A stretch of DNA of 64,000 nt, from positions 256,001 to 320,000 of the forward strand of contig CAVPSB010000014.1 of NCBI GenBank assembly GCA_963708025.1, written 5' to 3'. The DNA is from an uncultured Candidatus Rokubacteria bacterium (GTDB taxonomy: Bacteria; Methylomirabilota; Methylomirabilia; Rokubacteriales; DASRDR01). How positions within the stretch are numbered: position 1 is the first letter of the stretch; every line of letters starts with the position of its first letter. Under the pieces are notes generated by a model. That model was not told the origin of the DNA, did not search any database, and saw only the letters and a list, made by a program, of their open reading frames with translations. Positions 30,119-40,111 of this stretch are shown here, one piece after another. The position numbers were made by a program, and so were the translations under genes.

Positions 30119-32032
30119 ATGGACGAAGACGAAGAGCCCTCCATACAGCGCCGCCTCGCCGCCATTCTTGCCGCCGATATCGCGGGCTACAGCCGGCTCA
30201 TGCACGAGGACGAGCCCGCCACCGTGCGCGACCTCAAGGCCCATCAGAGCGTGATCCTGCCGCTGGTCGGCCGGCACGGTGGGCGGATCATCGACACCGC
30301 CGGCGATGGCATCATGGCTGAGTTTCCCAGCGTCATAGGCGCCACCGAGTGTGCGGTCGAGATCCAGACCGTGATGGCCGAGCGCAACCTCCGGGTGCCC
30401 GAGAGTCGCCGCATGCGGTTTCGCATCGGGATCAATCTGGGAGATGTGATCCACGACGAGACCCGGATCTACGGTGACGGCATCAACATCGCGGCGCGGC
30501 TGGAAGCACTGGCTCAGCCGGGTGGCGTGCTCGTTTCCAATACCGTCTACGATCAGGTCCGCGGCAAACTGCCGTTCACCTTCGAGGATGTGGGCGAGCG
30601 GCAGGTCAAGAACATCGAGCAGCCCGTGCGAATGTATCAACTCCACATCCCGGGCGCATCCGCCAAGGCCGTGGCCACGCTCGCCAGACGCCCCACCCTA
30701 ACGGACCGCAGGCGTTGGATCGTGTGGGGCCTGGCGGCGTTCCTGGTTCTCCTCGGGGCGGGAGGAGCTTGGTGGATGGGCCCGCCCTTCCTTCCAAGTC
30801 AGCTAGCAGGCAGAACAGAGGCGCCGCGTCTCTCAATCGTCGTGCTGCCCTTTAGCAACCTGAGTGGCGATCCGAGCCAGGAGTACTTCGCCGATGGCAT
30901 AACTGAAGACCTGACAAGTGATCTGTCGCAAATTGCTGGAAGCTTTGTTATCTCCAGGAACACTGCGTTTACACTCAAGGGCAAGGCCGTCGATGTCCGG
31001 CAGATTGGCCGCGAGTTGGGTGTCCGGTATGTGCTCGAGGGGAGCGTACGCCGCATGGGAGGCACTGTCCGCGTCAACGCGCAGCTCATCGACGCGGGCA
31101 CCGGCGCGCATCTGTGGGCCGAACAGATGGACGTCGACCAAAGCACGCTGGCCCTCCAGGGCAACTTCGGCATCGCGAACCGACTTGCAAGGATGCTCAG
31201 TGTTGAACTCGTCAATGTTGAAGGCCGCCGGGCGCAGCGCGCCGACCCGGATGCGGTGGACCTCACCATGCGTGGCTGGTCGGTCTTGAATGGAGGGCCG
31301 AATAAGGAGGATGTGCAGAGGTCCGTCGGGCTGTTCGAGGATGCTCTTCGAATCGATCCCGAGAATAGTCAAGCCAGGGTCGGGCTCGCTCAAGCCCTCA
31401 CTTCCGTCTACCGCAACCGTTGGGATCCCGAACCTGCCAAGGTGCTGGCCCGTGCCGACGAAGCAGCCACGCGGGCCATCGCCGCCGCGCCCAACTATGC
31501 CCAAGCGCATTACGTGAAGGCCGAGGTTCTCGGATTATCCAATCGGTTTGATGCGGCGCTTGCGGCATACGATAGGGTCATCGCCCTCGATCGTAACCAT
31601 GCAGCGGCATACGTTGGACGGGCGCGGAACTTGAATCTGATTGGTCGGGCAGCGGATGCATTGGCGCCCGTCGAGAAGGCGATACGTCTAAGTCCGCGCG
31701 ATCCTGAGCTGTATGTCTGGTATTTCGTCCTCTGCCACGCGAACACGCACTTGGCGCGCGACGCTCAGGCCATCGAATGGTGCCTCAAGTCGCTTGCGAC
31801 CGGTAAGACGTTCTACTTCGCCTACGTCGATCTCGCCTCTGCGTACGCCTGGCGGGGGCAGAACGCAGAGGCGGCGGCCGCGGTCGCGGAGCTCCTGAAG
31901 CTGAGGCCAGGGTTCACGGTGCAGACACTGGTGCAGGAAGGAGCAGGAACTTCCGACAATCCAGCCTTCCGCAAGGAATTCCAACGGATTGTTGAGGGAG
32001 CACGCAAGGCTGGGTTGCCAGAAAACAACTGA
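30119..32032 (+). CDS. Class III adenylate/guanylate cyclase with TM, TolB-like and TPR domains
   Basis: RRLAAILAADIAGYSRLM, AGDG, RIGINLGD, GDGINIAARL; SIVVLPFSNLSGD; TPR helices. Confidence 0.9.
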   Translation: MDEDEEPSIQRRLAAILAADIAGYSRLMHEDEPATVRDLKAHQSVILPLVGRHGGRIIDTAGDGIMAEFPSVIGATECAVEIQTVMAERNLRVPESRRMRFRIGINLGDVIHDETRIYGDGINIAARLEALAQPGGVLVSNTVYDQVRGKLPFTFEDVGERQVKNIEQPVRMYQLHIPGASAKAVATLARRPTLTDRRRWIVWGLAAFLVLLGAGGAWWMGPPFLPSQLAGRTEAPRLSIVVLPFSNLSGDPSQEYFADGITEDLTSDLSQIAGSFVISRNTAFTLKGKAVDVRQIGRELGVRYVLEGSVRRMGGTVRVNAQLIDAGTGAHLWAEQMDVDQSTLALQGNFGIANRLARMLSVELVNVEGRRAQRADPDAVDLTMRGWSVLNGGPNKEDVQRSVGLFEDALRIDPENSQARVGLAQALTSVYRNRWDPEPAKVLARADEAATRAIAAAPNYAQAHYVKAEVLGLSNRFDAALAAYDRVIALDRNHAAAYVGRARNLNLIGRAADALAPVEKAIRLSPRDPELYVWYFVLCHANTHLARDAQAIEWCLKSLATGKTFYFAYVDLASAYAWRGQNAEAAAAVAELLKLRPGFTVQTLVQEGAGTSDNPAFRKEFQRIVEGARKAGLPENN

Positions 32033-32041
32033 CCGCCGGCC

Positions 32042-32540
32042 ATGGCCGAGATCATCGAATTCAGCACAGAACGCCTCCGGCTGCGTCAATGGGCGCCTCA
32101 GGACCGCGAGCCTTTCGCTGCGATGAACGCTGACCCGGAGGTCATGAAGTACTTCGCCAGTGTCGGTACCCGCGAGGGAAGCTTTCGAACCATTGATGTC
32201 TGGCAATCCGAGCTCGAAGAACGCGGTTGGAGCAACTGGGCAGTCGAGCACGTGGAATCGCGCGCGTTCATTGGCTTCGTGGGCTTGTCAGTACCTCGCC
32301 GGGCCTTGCCGTTCATGCCGTGCGTCGAGGTTGGCTGGCGTCTGGCGAGAAGCTATTGGGGCAAGGGTGAGCGGCTCAACCTCGACGAAGTCGTGTCGTT
32401 CACCAGCGTCATCAACTGGCCTTCCCGCGCCGTGATGAAACGAATCGGAATGGTGAATACCAGCGAAGACTTTGATCACCCTGCCCTACCTGAAGGCAGT
32501 GAGCTTCGCCGACACTGCCTCTACAAAATCACGCTCACTG
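32042..32540 (+). pseudogene. RimJ/RimL GNAT acetyltransferase with internal deletion and lost stop
   Basis: TERLRLRQW and VEVGWRL; YWGKG is joined directly to ERLNLDEVVSFT; the frame runs on into unrelated DNA. Confidence 0.65.
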
Positions 32541-32544
32541 CTCG

Positions 32545-32735
32545 TCGCAACTCCGCTCGGTCCGCGAGGCTGGCGGCGTACCAGCCCAGCGCGTCGAACT
32601 CCCCCTCGACGACGATCGCTCGGCGGTACTGTGCGATCGCGTCGCCGGCGACGCTCACGCCGAAGAGGCTGCGGCCCTCGACCTCCCCGCCGAAGCCGAG
32701 GGCGTTGAGCACTGACTTCTCGCCCAGGACGGGCT
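32545..32735 (-). pseudogene. DnaG-like primase (TOPRIM) fragment
   Basis: KSVLN...SLFGVSVAGDAIAQYRRAIVVEGEFDAL follows the DnaG K-x-LN...LFG...IVVEG-x2-D pattern. Confidence 0.55.
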
Positions 32736-32739
32736 TTCA

Positions 32740-33103
32740 GCTCACGGCGGACGCGCCCGAGGAGCGCCGCGCGCACGATCCGCAGCCGATCGAGGGCCGA
32801 GAGCGGCTCGTCGGGCGGTCGTCCCAGCGAGAGCGGGACCACCTGCACGGGGACCCGCTCCAGCCCCAGCTCCTGGGCGATCAGGAACCGGTGCGTTCCG
32901 TCGATCACCCAGCCGTTCCGGAGGATCCGGAGCGGTGTCCGGATCCCGTGCTCGGCGATGTCCTCACGGAGCACGCGCCACTCGTGCGTTTCGTGGAAGT
33001 CGGGAGGCCAGACGAAGCGCGGCTGGTAGAGCGCCAGCGCGGCCAGAGCGCGGGTGTCAGGCGGCAGGGGAGCGGGGAGGCCGAGCAAATCGTGCGACAC
33101 CAC
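32740..33103 (-). pseudogene. ParB/Srx N-terminal domain protein, truncated
   Basis: LREDIAEHGIRTPLRILRNGWVIDGTHRFLIAQELGLERVPVQV; GAGGTGG SD. Confidence 0.65.
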
Positions 33104-33185
33104 GGCAAATGGTCCACCTCGCCTGTCGGGGTGAGGGGACCGAGATCGGTGGACCGCTGGAACCAAGGTCCGTAGACTACATGCC

Positions 33186-35057
33186 GTGGGGGTTGTGAAG
33201 GGAGTCGCGAGGCGGGCGACCTCCGATGCCTGGGGCATCGTCGGAGGCTTCGAGGACGCCCGCCGCGAGTGGCGGGTGACCTCCGACGCGACGCGCGCCG
33301 CGCTCCGCGTCGCGATGGGCGTCGAGCGGGACGCGGCGCCCCCGGGACCGCCCCCGGTCCGCGTGGTCCGCCCCGGCCAGCGGCTCCCGCTCGACGGCCC
33401 CGCCGAGCTCAGGCTCGAGGACGGCGCCTTGCTGCGGGTGGACCGGCGCCTTCCCCGCGACCTGCCGCTCGGCTACCACGAGCTGTGGCCGCACGACGGG
33501 GGGGCGCCCGTCCGGCTGATCGCGACCCCGGGTCGCTGCCACCTGCCGCCCGACCTCCGCGCCTGGGGCTGGGCCGTCCAGCTCTACGCCGCGCGGTCAC
33601 GCGAGAGCTGGGGCATCGGGGACCTCGGCGACCTGAGGCGGCTCGCGCGCTGGTCCCGGCGCGAGCTGGGCGCCGGGCTCCTGATGGTCAACCCGCTCCA
33701 CGCCGTCGCGCCCATCGTCCCGCTCGAGCCGAGCCCCTACTCGCCGACGACCCGGCGCTTCCGGAACCCCCTGTACCTCCGGGTCGAGGAGGTGCCGGGC
33801 GCGGCCGAGGCGGGGGCGGAGATCGAGCGGCTCGCGGCGGCCGGCCGGGCCCTCGACGAACGCCGCCGCATCGACCGCGACGCGGTGCTCCGCCTCAAGC
33901 TGGAGGCGCTCGGGCTCCTGTGGCCCCGCTTCCGCGGCGAGGCCGCCTTCGACCGGTACTGCGCCGAGCAGGGGGAGGGGCTGGTCGGGTTCGCGACGTT
34001 CTGCGCCCTCGCCGAGCACCACGGCCCCGACTGGCGCCGCTGGCCCGCCGAGTACCGCCGCCCGGCGGCGCCGGCCGTCACGCGGTTCCGCGCGGAGCAG
34101 GCCGACCGGCTGCGGTTCCACCAGTGGCTCCAGTGGCTGCTCGACGCCCAGCTGGCGCGGGCCTCGGCGGAGATCCCGATGATGCAGGACCTGCCCATCG
34201 GCATCTACGCCGGCGGCGCCGATGCCTGGGCCTGGCAGGACGTCCTCGCCGCCGACGTCACCGTGGGGGCGCCACCCGACGTGTTCAACACCCGGGGTCA
34301 GGACTGGGGGCTCCCGCCCTTCGTTCCCCACCGCCTGGCGGCGGCACGCTACGACCCATTCGTCCAGACGATCCGCTCGACGCTCCGCCACGCCGGCGGC
34401 CTCCGGGTCGATCACGTCATGGGGCTCTTCCGGCTTTACTGGATCCCGAGCGGGATGAGCCCCGCCGAGGGCGCCTACGTGCGGTACCCGGTGGACGACC
34501 TGCTCGCCATCCTCGCCCTCGAGAGCCACCGGGCGGGCGCCGTCGTCGTGGGGGAGGATCTCGGGACCGTGGAGCCCGGCATGCGGGAGCGTCTCCGGGC
34601 GTGCCGGGTGCTGTCCTGTCGCCTGGTGTGGTTCGAGAGCGGGAGGCCGTCGGGGTTCCCGAAGCTGGCGATGTCCGCCGTGACCACCCACGACCTCCCC
34701 ACCGTCGCGGGGCTCTGGACCGGCGCCGACCTGCGGGACCAGCAGGCGATCGGTCTTCAGCCCAACGAGGCGGGGACCCGGGCCATCAGGGACCGCCTCC
34801 GCCGGATGACCGACCTGCCCGACGGGGCGCCGGTCGAGCAGGTCGTCGAGCGAACCTACCGGCTCCTCGGCGAGGCCCGTTCGATGCTCGTCACCGCGAC
34901 CCTCGAGGATGCCTGCGCCGTCCCCGAGCGCCCCAACATGCCCGGCACCGTCACCGAGTGGCCCAACTGGAGCCTGGCCCTGCCGCTGCCGCTGGAGGAG
35001 CTGGAGGCGCGGCCGCTGCCGGCCGCCGTGGGGGCGGCCCTGAAGGGGACCCGCTGA
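33186..35057 (+). CDS. malQ: 4-alpha-glucanotransferase (GH77)
   Basis: WGIGDLGDL, SPYSP, DLPIG, GAPPD, GQDWG, RVDHVMG, GEDLG, TTHD, NMPGT. Confidence 0.95.
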   Translation: MGVVKGVARRATSDAWGIVGGFEDARREWRVTSDATRAALRVAMGVERDAAPPGPPPVRVVRPGQRLPLDGPAELRLEDGALLRVDRRLPRDLPLGYHELWPHDGGAPVRLIATPGRCHLPPDLRAWGWAVQLYAARSRESWGIGDLGDLRRLARWSRRELGAGLLMVNPLHAVAPIVPLEPSPYSPTTRRFRNPLYLRVEEVPGAAEAGAEIERLAAAGRALDERRRIDRDAVLRLKLEALGLLWPRFRGEAAFDRYCAEQGEGLVGFATFCALAEHHGPDWRRWPAEYRRPAAPAVTRFRAEQADRLRFHQWLQWLLDAQLARASAEIPMMQDLPIGIYAGGADAWAWQDVLAADVTVGAPPDVFNTRGQDWGLPPFVPHRLAAARYDPFVQTIRSTLRHAGGLRVDHVMGLFRLYWIPSGMSPAEGAYVRYPVDDLLAILALESHRAGAVVVGEDLGTVEPGMRERLRACRVLSCRLVWFESGRPSGFPKLAMSAVTTHDLPTVAGLWTGADLRDQQAIGLQPNEAGTRAIRDRLRRMTDLPDGAPVEQVVERTYRLLGEARSMLVTATLEDACAVPERPNMPGTVTEWPNWSLALPLPLEELEARPLPAAVGAALKGTR

Positions 35058-35063
35058 CAGGCG

Positions 35064-35543
35064 TCAGCCGGCCACGCGCCCGCGGATCGCGTCGAGGACC
35101 TGGGCGGGGTGCTTGGCGGCGTCGGCGACCCGCTTCCAGTGCTTGCGCACGGTGCCGTCGGGGCCGATCCAGACCGACGACCGGATCACGCCCTTCGTCT
35201 TCTTCCCGTAGAGCACCTTCTCGCCGTAGGCGCCCCAGGCTTCCATGACCTTCCGCTCGGGGTCGGAGAGGAGCGGGAAGGGGAGCGCGAACTTGCTCGC
35301 GAACTTCGCGTGGGAGGCCGGGCTGTCGGCGGAGACTCCCAGGACGACGACCCCGGCCCGCTGGAGATCCTTCCAGAGGTCACGGAAGCCGCACGCTTCC
35401 TTGGTGCAGCCGGGCGTGTCGTCCCGGGGATAGAAGTAGACGACGACGTCCTTGCCCTTGAAGGCCGCGAGCGAGACCGCCTTGCCCGCGGCGTCGGGGA
35501 GCGTGAAGTCGGGCGCCTTCCGGCCTTCCTGGATCGCGGCCAT
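35064..35543 (-). CDS. bcp: Thioredoxin-dependent peroxiredoxin Bcp
   Basis: YFYPRDDTPGCTKEACGFRD. Confidence 0.92.
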   Translation of the reverse strand: MAAIQEGRKAPDFTLPDAAGKAVSLAAFKGKDVVVYFYPRDDTPGCTKEACGFRDLWKDLQRAGVVVLGVSADSPASHAKFASKFALPFPLLSDPERKVMEAWGAYGEKVLYGKKTKGVIRSSVWIGPDGTVRKHWKRVADAAKHPAQVLDAIRGRVAG

Positions 35544-35573
35544 CGGAGCGCTCAATTCGGGACCTCCCGCCCA

Positions 35574-35615
35574 CCCCCCAGCCCCCCTCCCCCTCCCACT
35601 GGGGGGAGGGGGGTG
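35574..35615. repeat. BoxC-like palindrome variant
   Basis: ccccccagcccccctccccc...ggggggagggggg; near-copy at 8276. Confidence 0.65.
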
Positions 35616-35647
35616 TGGGAGAGACCGATCATTTCATTCGCAAGCTC

Positions 35648-35983
35648 TCAGCCCCGGAGCGCGTCGAGGCGCTTCACGAGCTCGGCCTTGGGGACCGCGC
35701 CGACGACGGTGTTGACCACGGCGCCGTCCTTGAAGAAGAGCAGGGTCGGGATCGCCTGGATGCCGAAGCGCGCCGCCAGGGCCGACTGCTCGTCCACGTT
35801 GACCTTGGCGACCAGCACGCCGGCCGGCGCCTCGCGCGCGACCTCCTCGAGGATGGGGGCCATGGCCCGGCACGGTCCACACCAGGGCGCCCAGAAATCC
35901 ACGACCAGGCCGGGCTGGGCGGCCACGGCGTCGAAGAAGGTGGTCTCCGTCAGGGATTCGATGGTCGCGTCGGGGGCGCTCAT
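35648..35983 (-). CDS. trxA: Thioredoxin
   Basis: VDFWAPWCGPC, IPTLLFFKDG; GAGGAG SD. Confidence 0.92.
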   Translation of the reverse strand: MSAPDATIESLTETTFFDAVAAQPGLVVDFWAPWCGPCRAMAPILEEVAREAPAGVLVAKVNVDEQSALAARFGIQAIPTLLFFKDGAVVNTVVGAVPKAELVKRLDALRG

Positions 35984-36183
35984 GTCTGGGCTCTCCTCGT
36001 CTCCGAGTGTCCGGCCCGTCAGGCCGATCGGGTGTCGTCCGGTGCTGCCCTTGGGATGCGGCCGGGGTCGCCGCCGATTCAACGGGTGCCCCCCGGGGGG
36101 CGGCGCGCGGCCTGTGGTACTCTGGGCTCCGGCGGCCTGGCCGCCCCGAACCGCTCATCCACCATCCGCAAGAGGAGGGATCT

Positions 36184-36690
36184 GTGTCGATCAAGGTCGG
36201 TGACCGTCTCCCGGAGGGCACGCTGACGGAGTTTCTGGAGAAGGAAGCGCCGGGGTGCAACGCGGGCCCCAACGCCTTCCAGGTCGGGGAGCTCGCGAAG
36301 GACAAGCGCATCGTGATCTTCGGCCTTCCGGGCGCCTTCACCCCGACGTGCTCGGCCAAGCACGTGCCCGGCTACCTGGCCGGTCACGAGCGGCTCAGGG
36401 CCAAGGGCGTGGACGAGGTCTGGTGCATCTCGGTCAACGACGCCTTCGTCATGGGGGCGTGGGGGAGAGACCAGAAGAGCGAGGGCAAGGTCCGCATGAT
36501 GGCCGACGGCAGCGCCGCCTACACGAAGGCGCTCGGCCTCGACATGGACCTGACCCCCCGGGGCATGGGCGTGCGCTCGCAGCGCTACTCGATGCTGGTC
36601 GAGAACGGCGTCGTGAAGGCGCTCCACGTCGAGCAGCCGGGAAAGTTCGAGGTCAGCGACGCGGAGACGATGCTGCGCGCGCTCCCCTGA
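36184..36690 (+). CDS. Peroxiredoxin, Prx5/type II
   Basis: PGAFTPTCSAKHVPG, SVNDAFVM, RSQRY; GAGGAGG SD before GTG. Confidence 0.92.
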   Translation: MSIKVGDRLPEGTLTEFLEKEAPGCNAGPNAFQVGELAKDKRIVIFGLPGAFTPTCSAKHVPGYLAGHERLRAKGVDEVWCISVNDAFVMGAWGRDQKSEGKVRMMADGSAAYTKALGLDMDLTPRGMGVRSQRYSMLVENGVVKALHVEQPGKFEVSDAETMLRALP

Positions 36691-36800
36691 GCGGCGTGGC
36701 CGGTCGTCGTCACCGGATCGGGTACAGGCGGAATGTCCGGACATCGCGCCGTAGTCAGTGCCCTCGGACTCCTGGTCGGAACAGGAGTGGTCGGGATTTG

Positions 36801-37190
36801 ATGACGCGCCGTGGGGAGGGGCGGGGACGCGTGGCGACGCCGCTCGCCCGGATGGAGGGGCGGCGGGCCCTGCGGCTGCTCGCCCTCGGGGCGGTGGCGG
36901 GATTCCTCGCCTACCTCCTCCCGCTCTGCGACGCGCTCCTGGCCGCGCCGGCGCATCCGCTGGTGCGAGCCCGCGGGACCCCCCTCGCGCGCCAGCTTCA
37001 GGCCGATCACGATCCGAGCGCTGCCGGCAGCGCCTCGTTCCTCGCGGTCCTCGGCCTGGCCCCCGACCCCGCCCGCCTCCCGCCGCCGGCCCTGGGGGAG
37101 CCCCGTCGCTGCGAAGACCGGGATCCTTCCGGGTGGCCCCCGGACCCCGAGCACCGCCCGGACCTCTCGCGCAGCCCGCCCGGCCGCTGA
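36801..37190 (+). CDS. Small leader ORF with N-terminal hydrophobic segment and C-terminal RSPP motif
   Basis: LRLLALGAVAGFLAYLLPLC...DLSRSPPGR*; alternative ATG at 36852. Confidence 0.55.
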   Translation: MTRRGEGRGRVATPLARMEGRRALRLLALGAVAGFLAYLLPLCDALLAAPAHPLVRARGTPLARQLQADHDPSAAGSASFLAVLGLAPDPARLPPPALGEPRRCEDRDPSGWPPDPEHRPDLSRSPPGR

Positions 37191-37332
37191 GCGGCCCGTC
37201 ACGCGTCCCCGGCCGACGGGCGGACTCGCCCCGGCTCGCGGGACTCGCCAACCCGCCCCCGACGGCGACAGCCCGACGGGGCCACGGAGACTCCGAGCGG
37301 ACGCGCGGGGCTCTGGATCCCAGGAGGGCCGG

Positions 37333-40042
37333 ATGCGGCGGATCTCATTCTTCTTGCTCGTCGCGGCGGCGTTCATCCTTCTCCCCCTCGCCGGGGAGGC
37401 GGTCAAGCTCTACACCGACTGGCTCTGGTTCCACGAGGTCGGGTACCCGGGCGTCTTCGGCAAGGTCCTGGTGACCAAGGTGCTCCTCGCCCTGGTGGCC
37501 GGCGCCGGGGTCTTCGCGCTCCTCTACGGGAACCTGCGCCTGACCGGTCGCGGACACGGGCGCGACCTGACGCTCCTGGACGCCGAGGAGGTATCTCAGC
37601 TCCCGCAACTGCCCGCCGTGGACGGTGATCGAGCCGCTCTACCGGCGGTTCCTGCTGCCGGGCTCGATGGTCGCCGCCTTCATGCTCGCGGCCCCCACCG
37701 CCGGACGGTGGCCGGAGGCGATCCGGTTCCTCCACGCGGTCCCCTTCGGGGCCACGGATCCGCTCTTCGGCCGGGACGTCGGGTTCTACGTCTTCGTGTA
37801 TCCGTTCCTGGCCGCCGCTCAGCAGTTCCTCCTCTTCGCGCTCGTCCTCGCCACGCTCGCCGTGGCCGCCGTCTACGTCCTGGCGCGGGGGATCCAGCTC
37901 GTGCCCCAGCGCCTGATCGTGCACCCCTGGGCCAAGGGCCACCTCCTGGCCCTGGTCGCCGCGCTGCTGCTGGTGAAGGTCTGGGGCTACGTGCTGGATC
38001 GCTACGCGCTGCTCCTCTCGTCGGGCGGGGCCGCGTTCGGGGCCAGCTACGCCGACGTGCACGCGACGCTGCCGGTGCTGAGCCTGGTGATGGGCCTGGC
38101 CGGCCTGGCGTCCGTCCTCTGCCTGGTCCAGATCGCGCGGCCCGGGTTCCGGCTGGCGGTGGCCGGGGTCGGGCTGTGGCTGGCCGGCAGCCTCCTCGGC
38201 CTCGGCGCCTATCCCGCGCTGGTCCAGCGGCTCCACGTGTCGCCGAACGAGATCGTGGCCGAGCGTCCGTTCATCGAGCGCACGATCGCCGCCACCAACC
38301 GGGCGTACGGGCTCGACCGCATCGAGGTCCGTCCGTTCCCCGCCCAGGAGGAGCTGACGCCCGCCCTGCTGCAGCGAAACGACACGACGATCAAGAACAT
38401 CCGGCTGTGGGAGCATCGGCCGGCGCTCGACTCCTACGCCCAGCTCCAGGAGATCCGCCCCTACTACAAGTTCGTGGACGTGGACAACGACCGCTACCGG
38501 CTCGACGGGGAATACCGCCAGTTGATGCTCTCCGTCCGCGAGCTGTCGCACGCCCACCTGCAGAACCGGGAGTGGCTCAACGAGCACCTCGTCTACACCC
38601 ACGGCTACGGCGCGGTGGTCGGCCCCGTGAACCGGGTCACGCGGGAGGGCCTGCCGGAGTTCTTCGTCAAGGACATCCCGCCCGCCGGCACCGCCGCCCT
38701 GCGCATGACGCAGCCCGAGATCTACTTCGGCGAGGTGGCGAACCCCTACGTCCTCGTCCGCACCTTGCGGCCGGAGCTCAACTACCCGGTGGGCGACCAG
38801 AACGTCTACACGCGGTACGCGGGCAAGGGGGGGGTGGCCATCGGCTCGTGGTGGCGGCGGCTCCTGTTCGCCGCCCGGTTCGCCGAGATCAAGATGCTCC
38901 TTTCCCAGGAGGTGGGACCCGAGAGCCAGATCCTCCTCCACCGTGCGATCACCGAGCGGGTCGAGGTCATCGCGCCCTTCCTCCGGCTGGACCGTGACCC
39001 GTATCCGGTGATCACGGCGGACGGGCGCATCGTCTGGATGCTCGACGCCTACACCACGTCCGCGCACTTCCCCTACTCCCAGCCGACCCCGGCCCTCGGG
39101 AACTACATCCGGAACCCGGTGAAGGTCACGGTGGACGCCTACGACGGCACCGTGCGCTTCTACCTGGTGCAGCCCGACGAGCCGATCGCCCGCGCCTACG
39201 CGGGGGCCTTTCCCGAGCTGTTCCAGCCCATCGGCGCGATGCCGGAGGACCTCCGCGCTCACATCCGCTACCCCCAGGATCTCTTCGGGATCCAGGCGCG
39301 CATGTACGCGTTGTTCCACATGCTCGACCCCCAGGTCTTCTACAACAAGGAGGACCTGTGGACGATCCCGATCCGGAAGTCCGAGGGGCGCGACGTCGAG
39401 ATGGAGCCGTACTACACGATCATGCGGCTGCCGGCGGAGAGCCGGGAGGAGTTCATCCTCCTGCTGCCGTTCACGCCGGTCCGGCGCGACAACATGATCG
39501 CCTGGCTGGCCGCCCGGTCGGATCTCCCGAACTACGGGAAGCTGGTCCTCTTCGACTTCCCCAAGGGCAAGCTGGTCTTCGGCCCCCGCCAGGTCGAGGC
39601 GCGGATCGACCAGGACGCCTTCATCTCGCAGCAGATCTCGCTATGGAGCCAGGCCGGCTCCCAGGTGATCCGGGGGAGCCTGCTGGCGATCCCGATCGAG
39701 GAGTCGCTCCTCTACGTGCAGCCGCTCTACCTGGCCGCCGAGCGGGGGCGGCTGCCCGAGCTGAAGCGCGTCATCACGGCCTTCGGCAACCGGATCGCCA
39801 TGGACGAGACCCTGGAGACCTCGCTCCAGCAGATCTTCGGCCGGGGGCGCGAGGTGGCCGCCGCCCCCGCGCCGGGCCCGGCTCTGGCCGCGGGGCAGCC
39901 GGGCCAGCGCCTGGCCGGGCAGGCGCTCGAGCACTTCCAGCGGGCGCAGGAGCACCTGCGGCGCTGGAACTGGACGGGGTTCGGCGAGGAGCTCCGGCGG
40001 GTCGAGGAGATCCTGAAGAGCCTGAAGGAGAGCGACCGCTGA
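37333..40042 (+). CDS. UPF0182 family membrane protein (frameshift near 37615)
   Basis: YTDWLWFHEVGY, DPLFGRDVGFYVF, NIRLW, LVYTHGYG, NYIRNPVK, HIRYPQDLF, LYVQPLYL. Confidence 0.92.
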
Positions 40043-40111
40043 GAAGGAGTGGGGGTGGGTGGGGAGGCCCTGGAGTGAAACAGGAGAGCCGGCCGGGTTA
40101 GAATGCGGGGC

